64,000 nt of DNA from Octopus sinensis (taxonomy: Eukaryota). Below the pieces are notes generated by a model. It saw only the letters and a list, made by a program, of their open reading frames with translations. It had not been told where the DNA came from and ran no database searches. The stretch lies in contig NC_043002.1 in the NCBI RefSeq assembly GCF_006345805.1, positions 116,808,001 through 116,872,000 on the forward strand, written 5' to 3'. Positions 54,880 through 64,000 of this stretch are shown piece by piece. The position numbers and the translations under genes were made by a program. How positions within the stretch are numbered: position 1 is the stretch's first letter; each line of letters begins with the position of its first letter.

Positions 54880-54960
<81 letters not shown>

Positions 54961-55864
54961 GGTGGACACGTGTTTAGTGCAATTCTTTGGTATGTACTAT
55001 TGGAATAGGCATAATACAATTTAGCGAAAAACAGACAACTTTTATTGTGAAATGAATTAAGCGCATGTTTTATCTATGATTACAATAGAGGAGATAAACG
55101 GATTAATGTAGACGAAGATTATTTTCAGAAAAGATCATGCGAAAAGAATTTCTAAATAAATTTTACACCTATTATCATCAATAAATTGAGTGACTATTCG
55201 TAGTTAAAGAATTGTGACAAAACATCTTTCAGATAACATTTTTCAAAACATTTCTACATAAGAAAGGTTAATAGAAAATTGTAAGGCAAATAGCGTAAGT
55301 TGCATGCTGCAACGTTTCTTTCTTTCAGACTAAGACCCTTGACATTTATCTTGATGCATAATGTTGACAAGTTATGGAAGCGATTCAATAGATTACTCAT
55401 CAGCCGAGAATTCTGACAAAAGAACTTTACAATCGATTTTTTTCCTCCTGCAGCCTGCTACGAATTGCATCATAGTACAATCCAGACAAGAAATCTGTGT
55501 ATTCTAAGTTGTGGCTAAGAAAGCAGATTGGTTAGTTAAACTCATGAATAATATAGTGTCAATGAAGTATATAAATGTTAGAATGTATATTGTAAAACAA
55601 GAATATGATAATGCATTTAGATATATTTCAGCTATTTGATTCTTTACACAGTGGATGCGTCCTACCATGTTGTAGCGTTGTTTTTAGTTTTTAATTTATG
55701 CTTATGCAAATACATTAGCAGCGTTGCAGAAATATATCATAGCATAAATGCATCCAAATCCTGTTAAATTGACACGTGTTAGCTTCGCTCATCATTTCCA
55801 GTCGAGCATATAATTACATGCGGTCTGAATGATTACTATTCTGGATAACATCTGGTGTATATAT

Positions 55865-56065
55865 ATATGTTGTTAATATTGGTTTCAAATTTTGGCATAA
55901 GGCCAGAAAGTTCGGGGGAGTGGGTAAGTCGATTACATCGACCCCAGTTCTCAACTGGTACTTGTTTTATCGACCGTGAAAGGATGAAATGCGAAGTCGA
56001 CCTCGGAGAATTTGAACTCAGGACGTAAAGATGAACAAAATGTCGCAAAGCATCTTATCCGCCAC
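55865..56065 (-). mobile_element. SINE family B
   Basis: Reverse complement of the family B body and tail (AAAATTTGAAACC). Confidence 0.8.
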
Positions 56066-56117
56066 CTTATCATTATTATTGATATATTATTAATGTTACT
56101 AATATTAAAACCCTCAA

Positions 56118-56565
56118 TAGTGGCGAGCCGGCAGAGTCGTTAGCACGCCGAACAAAATGCTTAGTGGCATTTCGTCCGTTCTTTCGTTCTAAGTTCAAAT
56201 TCCACCGAGGTCGTCTTTGCCTTTCAACTCTTCATGGTCGAAAACATAAGTATCAGTTGAGCAACGGAGCCGATGTAATTGACTTACCCCCATCCCCGAA
56301 ATTACTGGCCTTGTTCCAAAATCTGAAACCAATATTAGAACCCTAAAAATAGCGGCGAGCTGGCAGAGACGTTAGCAAGGTAGGCTAAATGCTTAGTAGC
56401 ATTTCGTCCGTTCTTACGTTCTAAGTTCAAATTACTCCGAGGTCGGCTTTGCTTTTCATCCTTTCGTGGTTGGTAAAATAAGTACTAGTTGACCAATTGA
56501 ATCGATGAAATCGATTTAAACCTCCCCATATGGCTGGCCTTGTGCCAAAATTTGAAACCAGTATT
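56118..56565 (+). mobile_element. Two tandem SINE family B copies
   Basis: Heads at about 56118 and 56350, both ending in AAAT(C/T)TGAAACC. Confidence 0.88.
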
Positions 56566-56626
56566 AGAATCCTCAATATAGATAAATTAGAGATTAAAAT
56601 CATAGAAAGAGAAACAAAAACAAAAA

Positions 56627-56980
56627 ATAGGCGAAGGCATGGCTGTGAGTGGATTTGGTAGACGGAAACTAAAAGAAGCCCGTCGTGTGTATATATATAT
56701 ATAATATATATATATATATTATATATATATATATACATATATGTATGTATTTATATTTATTTATGTGTGTGTGTGTGTTTCTACCCCACGCTATCGCTTG
56801 ACAACCTGCGCTGGCGTGTTTATGTACCCGTAACTTATCGTTTCAGCAAAAGGGTCCGATAGAATAAGTACTAGGTTTATAAAGAATAAGTCCTGGGATT
56901 GATTTCTTTGAGTAAAATCTTTTAAGGCGGCGCTCCAGCATGGCCGTAGTCATATGACTGAAAGAAGTAAAAGAATAAAA
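56627..56980 (+). mobile_element. SINE family A, internally deleted
   Basis: TGGCTGTG joined to AGTGGATTTGG through TGTG microhomology; full tail. Confidence 0.85.
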
Positions 56981-57470
56981 AAACAAATGAATATATAATT
57001 GACACATGAATATATTTATAAACGAACTAGATTCAAAACTTAATTATGCTTTTGACAATTACCCTAACTGTTAATAAAGTCTCTGAATTTACAGGGGTGA
57101 TTCTATGAATGTACTGGAGATAAACTACTGTTGCATTCCATTTTGTTTGCTTGATGCGAAAAATATTCCAGTTTTGCAGTAGTTGAACAAGTAGAATGGC
57201 ATTCAGTGTTACACAGCATTTGAGCTAAAGAAATTTGAATGTGGATATAATAAAATTTTTATCTGTCACAAGGCTAAATTCATTAATGCAATAAAACGTA
57301 CAAAACATTTGGCAAGAAATAAAAGAAAGAGAAAAACCAAACGAGAATAAAGACGTTGCATGAAGTGCTAAGTCAATTAAAAATGTGAAAGGAACACAAA
57401 CACACTCACACACATACACACGCTTACATATATAAGTGTATATATATATATATGCATATATAAGTGTATA

Positions 57471-57807
57471 TCAAACTAAAATCATTGAACAAACAAATGC
57501 AAGGTCATCCGCATATCATTTCATAATTCGAACATTTAATTATAGAATAAACATATAACCCGCAAGATGGAACAAAATTCATCTGTATAGCACAATAATA
57601 TGGTGCGAGAAAATTTCTTATCATTAAGCAAGAAGGCTCGCCATCTTAGCTTGTTGATGAGTTCCGTAGTTCGGTGGATCAATGATTCCATGTATAAATT
57701 GTTCGAGGGTATGGGAATGTTATATGTTTATTCTATAATTAAATGTTCGAATTATGAAATGATATGCGGATGACCTTGCATTTGTTTGTTCAATAACTTT
57801 AGTTTGA
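57471..57807. mobile_element. 337-bp MITE with 89-bp TIRs and TA TSD
   Basis: 57471-57559 vs the reverse complement of 57719-57807: 87/89; TA at 57469-70 and 57808-09. Confidence 0.9.
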
Positions 57808-57939
57808 TATTTTTGTCTCTTTCAATAGAGCACTTCTATAGCAGTCCTATTAATCTTTTTGTTCCTGACAAGAAACAATTATTGTATTATTAATATCGAT
57901 ATATAAGTGTATATATATATATATATTTAGCATGTAACC

Positions 57940-58250
57940 CAGTACAACATGTTGCATGGTTGGGTCGCCGGCAACTAAACTGGCAACCTCATCAAGGTTG
58001 CTTGCAGAAGAAGGTGATTGTTGGATACCTTGCAGGATGAAAAAGGGACCCGTGAAAGGGTGGAAGAGCTCATGAGCAGTGAACGGCCATGTTTACATGT
58101 GTGTGTGTGTGTATGTATGTATATATGCGCGGGGACGTGAAAATCCCTGGGTTGGGGTCCAGGCACACGGCTGACCCACTGGGAATGTGAGGTCCTTCTT
58201 TTGTTGTCACATCTCTCTAGGAGAGGGACACTCTGAGAAAAATAACTGCA
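57940..58250 (-). mobile_element. Possible LINE 5'UTR fragment
   Basis: GC-richer island with LINE-UTR-like wording (CCTTGATGAGGTTGCCAGTTTAGTTGCCGGCGACCC); no protein evidence. Confidence 0.3.
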
Positions 58251-58399
58251 GCACTGACAATATTCGATTATGTATATCAGTTCTTCTTTTCGAGTTTATA
58301 TTGTTCATGTTCAGAGAGTGGGGTTGGATCTGTTCAAATCCTTTCCCCACTATAAAAAAATCATCATTCATCGCTTGTAAGTAAAGTAAGATATATCAC

Positions 58400-59017
58400 A
58401 TAAATGACAGGTTGAAGCCTTCACATGTGTGGAATTTTCGATCGGGCGATAGCAATACTCAAACTTGAGCTTGCACCCTACCCCTAATGTATTTCCTATA
58501 CTGCAGTGAAACACGTGTAACAAGGAATTACAAATATACTAAATTTTCCAGCATATCTATATATATAATAATTTGAGGAAATATTATTCCAAACTTACAA
58601 GGAAAAAATCAATTTACAAACACTAAATCAAATTTCACAAAATATATACATAAAATTAGAACAAAACACCTTTTATAAATTCAAAATGAAAAATTAAATT
58701 ACACCATCTAGAAAATTACATATAATAGAAATATTAAATATAAGATAAAAAATATGATTAAGTAATGGGCCAAATAATCAATAAAACGTATATATTTTGT
58801 AGAATAACAACACGTGTTTGGGGGCTATATTTAAGAAATGATTGTAGTAAAAATATAAGAAGTAGTTGTAAAATCACTACAATATAAATATAGCCACTCA
58901 TCAGGTTAAAAATAACTACAATAATAAAATAATTAATTAATAAATATACGTAAATAATCTTTTAAAATATAAATATATTCTTTAAAATATGTATGTATGT
59001 ATGTATGTATGTATCTA

Positions 59018-59091
<74 letters not shown>

Positions 59092-60390
59092 ATACAAAAT
59101 ATGCATAAAGTGAAAACTAAATACAACACTACACTATATACATTATTACTTAATATATTTATTTAATAATCATTCAAATACAGTTTAATACCCATTAAGC
59201 AATTAATACTAAAAACCTTCAAATTAATTAATATACACAATGCTAATACAAGCCATAAATACTGGAATAACAAATATGAAATGGTCCAAATATAGACATA
59301 CCCATTATATAAACTAACTATATAATTAATATATATGTAGTATCTATAGATTTAATATATCCCTTAATAATATAGTTGACCAAAATAGCAATTAATATAA
59401 AAACTAATTTACTTAAATGTAATACAACTTGATAAATATACCACCTAATTATTAAATAATAAAATTAATTCCCAAATTAAATTATATGTAATACGTTAAA
59501 TCCCTTTATAAAAATAATAATAAAGCATTCTAAATAAATAAATATCATAATTAATAACTATTATATCTTATAACTATCAATATATATAAACATGATAATA
59601 TTTCAACAACAATAATAATAACAATAATAATCAAACCCAATGTAATTCAAAAGCCAAATAATATTTATAAGCAAAAACTATTACTTAGCTTGTCGATGAA
59701 AATAATATAACTGAATTTTAAACGTAAAATAATATATTGTTTATGAAAATTAAACGCGTGAAGTCTTAGTGTAAAGAAATAGAATAAATTATCAATGAAA
59801 ATGGCGAGAACAATTTACTGATGAAAAGTACGAAAAACATCCAAGCCCCATAAATTAAAGAAAGGTACGAAAATATTAGAACAAATGAACAATACACTAT
59901 GAAGACATTCAACAACAACCGACTGTCCACTACAAATCCAGTCACTAACAATAATAATAATAACATCAATCAAACTCAATATAATACAAAATCCAAATAA
60001 TATTGATAAACAAACTAAGTTACTAAGCTTATCGATTAAATTAATATAACTGGATTTTAAATGTATCAAAATAGGTCTTAGCGTCTCAATTAATATACCC
60101 AATGCTAGTACAAGTCATAAATACTGGAATCAAAAATAGGAAATGGTCCAAATATACACAAACCCATTATATAATCTAACTATATTATTAATATATATAT
60201 AGTATCTATAGATTTAATATTTCACACAATAATAAAGTTGGCCAAAATATTAATTAATATAAAAACTAATTTACTTAAATGTAATACTACTTGATAAATA
60301 TACCACCTAATTGTTAAATAATGTATAGTTTAACAAAACTAATTCTCAAATTAAATAATATGTAATACGTTAAATCCCTTTATAAAAAGC
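58400..60390 (-). mobile_element. AT-rich PLE-like repeat cluster with internal duplications
   Basis: Hammerhead-like motif; 59240-59515 is similar to 60100-60385 and 59610-59725 to 59945-60062. Confidence 0.5.
58805..58908 (-). ncRNA. Hammerhead ribozyme motif with G12C core mutation (probably inactive)
   Basis: taac-CTGATGA-gt[GGCTATATTT...AAATATAGCC]cc-CAAA-c-acgt-GTT-gtta. Confidence 0.6.
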
Positions 60391-60704
60391 AATTTCCCAA
60401 CGTTGAAAATGTAAGTATAACACAATGAAAAAATTAAACTGAAATTTCTTGAGAACAAGAAAACAGATTAAAAATTGTATTTATTCTGACATGTAGAAGT
60501 AGAAGAATGATTTTATCTAACATTTAAATTCCTTCTTACGATTCCATTAGTACAAACTACGATCGTGGGGCTAAGCGAAAGAGAAAAATGACATATAAAT
60601 ACTTAGTTATCTAGTACTATTCTGGAGCGAGAGAGAGAGAGAGCCAGCAAGCCTTCCAACGTTGATGGAAAACGAAAATTGTATGCATATCATCATCATC
60701 GTGT

Positions 60705-60945
60705 AGGTGCGTGGCATAGTGGTTGGGGCGTCAGCATCATGATCGTAAGATTTTGGTTTCGATTCCTGGGCCGGGCGACGCGTTGTGTTCTTGAGCAAAA
60801 CACTTCATTTCACGCTGCTCCAGTCCACTCAGCTGGCAAAAATGAGTAACGCTGCGATGGACTGGCGTCTCGTCCAGCTGGGGAACACATACGCCATTGA
60901 AAGAGGGAAACCAGGTCCATGAGGCTGGCTACGCTCTAAAAAGGG
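60705..60945 (+). mobile_element. SINE family D (tRNA head, V-domain-like core)
   Basis: TGGCATAGTGG...GGTTTCGATTCC; CTGCGATGGACTGGCGTCTCGTCCAG. Confidence 0.88.
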
Positions 60946-61103
60946 GCGGATTTATTTTTCTTTTTTATCATCATCATCATCATCGACGTCGTCGTCGTCA
61001 TCGTTGTTGTTGATGTTGTTACCATCATTAATCTAATAAAATAAAAATAATTATATACATGTAGAGAACATGCTTGGATTAGCACCTCGTTTATACGCTA
61101 TAT

Positions 61104-61190
<87 letters not shown>

Positions 61191-61584
61191 GCATGCAGTT
61201 TTGTGTATGTGCGTGTGCGTGCGTGTGTGTGTGCGTGCATGCGTGTAGGTGTGTGTGTGTGTGTGTGTGTGTTTATGGATATAACACATAATGAATTTCG
61301 AAGAAAAACATCCTCCTGGGTCACATAAGTGCTCTCAGAACTCCGATAGTCATAATTCCATAATTCATCCCTAAGTACAGAATACTGCTTCTGCTAAGAG
61401 TACTTTTGAGGAATTAAGGTATAAGATGAAGCCCTAGAAGGCTCACGTTTGTATTGTGATTCAAGTGCAGTTCTACATAGGGAAGACTAATGCCTCTGTG
61501 CTACATGTCGTTGGAGTACTTTTCTTTGTAATTTTGCAGTTTCTTACTCCTTCATTGTTCTTGTAGACTCCAAAACGTATCCAC

Positions 61585-61950
61585 CAGAAATGCTTAGCGG
61601 TATTTCGTCTGCCGCTACGTTCTGAGTTCAAATTCCGCCGAGGTCGAGTTTGCCTTTCATCCTTTCGGGGTCGATAAATTAAGTACCAGTTACGCACTGG
61701 GGTCGATATAATCGACTTAATCCGTTTTTCTGTCCTTGTTTGTCCTCTCTGTGTTTAGCCCATTGTGGGTAGTAAAGAAATAGGTATTTCGTCTGTCTTT
61801 ACGTTCTGAGTCCAAATTCCGTCGAGATCGACTTTGCCTTTCATTCTTTCTGGGTCGATAAATTAATTATCGGTTGCGTATTGGGGTCGATCTAATCGAC
61901 TGACTCCTCCTGAAAGATTTGGGGCCTTGTGCCCAGAGTAGAAAAGAATA
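61585..61950 (+). mobile_element. Two 5'-truncated SINE family B copies
   Basis: GGTATTTCGTCTG..CGTTCTGAGT(T/C)CAAATTCCG repeated at about 61600 and 61785. Confidence 0.85.
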
Positions 61951-63468
61951 TTTAGAAGTCTAATTATCATCGTGTCATTTCTCAGCGATATTATTCCTTC
62001 TTGACGACTACAGCGGGAAACATTTGCCGTTTTATATTAACAGTAAATAAGCCGGTAGATCATTTTCTCCTAAGATCTAGTCGACTCCAAATTTGTCCAA
62101 TAGAACTGTTATGTCATATCACTTTGAAATAAAGAAACTCACAACCAGAAACTCACAAGTGGTTTGTGTGTGGCAATTGTGTTATAAGATCTCTAATCAA
62201 AATCAAGTAATATTCCAAAAAGCGGAAAACCGATAGAAGTGAAAATCCGTGATTTACTTGGGACGTCATCCTGTAAGAACAAAAAAGATTGCTAAAGCCT
62301 AGAAGTTACTGTCGATGCATTCTATGACGACGTACAAATGAACAGTAACATTTAGACACGTAACGTGTTCAGTTCAGTGCTGCAAGCTGTTCGTTCCAAG
62401 CTTTCTAGCTCCTTTAGATATACTTGCTACTCCCTATGAACACCTTGATATATGAACAAAATTTCAGAAAGCTGCTCATCCCACATGATGGAAATAAATG
62501 AAATTTACATCAATTTTGATGTTGAACTTAACTTTAGACATGGTTTGCTCATTAAAATATCGCAGCTTTGAAGAAATGAAAAAAAAACGAACCTGGTCTT
62601 GCTGTTTAATTGAAGCTGATCTTCAAATCATTTTAAAGCAATTCAGCATGAGTCATATAATAGAGTGCGAGAGGAGCGCTAAAGAAAGCAGCTGCTTTTG
62701 CTCAATAGTAGTAGAAAAGGGATTTAGAGAATAAGAAGTGTGAAACAGCGACACTAGCAGCAGCAGCAGTCAATGTAGAAGCTAACGCAGCAAAAGCACT
62801 CACAAGGAGATATAATTTAACATTAAATCGCAAAAGAATTATCAGCACAACTGGCATCGAATTCCATTTATGTTTATGCCTTTAGGAAATGGCACATGGC
62901 ATTTTTGCAGTATAGTCTAATTTACGTAATCATTTCCTGTAATTGTGACATATCTTTCGCTAGAATAAACTACTAATTTTGTGACATACATGACAAATAT
63001 ATCAAAATTCTAATAATATTTCAGAATAATACGAGAATGATATCTATAAAAACGAGTAGAAAAAAAATTGAAAATTCACTTAACAATACAGAAACCTTAC
63101 ATTACTTTTCTTTCAGTTCTACTTAAAGCAGTTATAAGATTGCGATAAAGCATGTATTTTTAAGATTTTAGTATTCGGGAAGAATATCTTTTTACAACAA
63201 TGGAAAATAATTTTTTTGAGTTATACTGATTTTTCACTGAACAAAAGAGAAAATATTCCAGAGTTATGAATTGCTGTGAATTTCGATCCATAGCTAAAGT
63301 AATTCTAAATTATTGAAATAACTTACAAGTTGCAAATTTTTGAGGCATAAACGCACACACGCACACACACACACATATACACACATAGGGAATAGATAGA
63401 TAGATGGATAAATAGACAGACAAACAGACAGAAGACAAACAGACAAACTGACAAATACATACATAGAC

Positions 63469-63565
<97 letters not shown>

Positions 63566-63689
63566 TGCATACACATACACGCACATATTCAGACACAGGC
63601 AAACAGATGTAGGAGAGACAGACTATAATCTGAATTCGATTCGTTTGTAGTGTAAAATATATAATATACATTATGTAAGTAGTGTTAAA

Positions 63690-63900
63690 TATGAGCTGGC
63701 AGACTGGTTAGAGCGTTGGAAAAATAACTCGTAGTATTTGTTCCGGCTCTTTAAGAATTTTAGTTCATATCTCGCCGAAGTCAACTTTGCATTTCAACTT
63801 TTTGAGACCCATAAAATAAAATATTTGTCAAGCACGGAAGTCGATGATTACCGACATAGCTCTCATTCTCAAAATGTGTTATCCTTCCGCCTAAATTAGA
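63690..63900 (+). mobile_element. SINE family B, diverged
   Basis: GAGCTGGCAGACTGGTTAGAGCG...GCCGAAGTCAACTTTGC. Confidence 0.7.
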
Positions 63901-64000
63901 AATTAAGTACTTAATAAAGGATGTAGGTGATTTTATTGAACTTTGTGGCTCTTTACATTATCTCAACCGTTTGCTCTCAACAGAGATATTTCAGTGAGCA

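Noticed and set aside
59100-60390. Possible mitochondrial insertion (NUMT) suggested by extreme AT content and A/C skew
   Set aside because: No mitochondrial protein, rRNA or tRNA motif recognised in the frames I read; internal duplications and a nearby hammerhead favour a PLE-like repeat. A BLAST to the mitogenome would settle it.

Overview
Eukaryotic, very AT-rich, repeat-saturated non-coding DNA. The tRNA-derived SINE families and the very dense (TA)n/(CA)n microsatellites resemble Octopus genomic DNA; this is recognition from memory, not a database hit. No intact host gene is visible; only two weak exon/promoter candidates were found (~8.9 kb and ~48.5 kb). The window contains decayed LINEs (CR1-type, two RTE-clade, R4/Dong), Penelope-like elements (PLEs), several mariner/maT/pogo DNA transposons and MITEs, four SINE families, and two diverged ORF1-only Tx1/L1-like elements. 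Most interesting: (1) a near-full-length RTE LINE whose 5' part is inverted, with the whole insert bounded by a perfect 10-bp target-site duplication, the twin-priming architecture known mainly from mammalian L1; (2) type I hammerhead ribozyme motifs in PLE-like repeats, one apparently intact; (3) an ORF1-only zinc-knuckle element family with a conserved, unrecognised C-terminal domain; (4) a TSD-less, Helitron-like 1.8 kb insertion that cleanly splits a mariner codon; (5) a Merlin-like MITE carrying TTAGGG repeats. Most long ORFs in the track are microsatellite translations. Unless TSDs or TIRs are cited, element boundaries are approximate.
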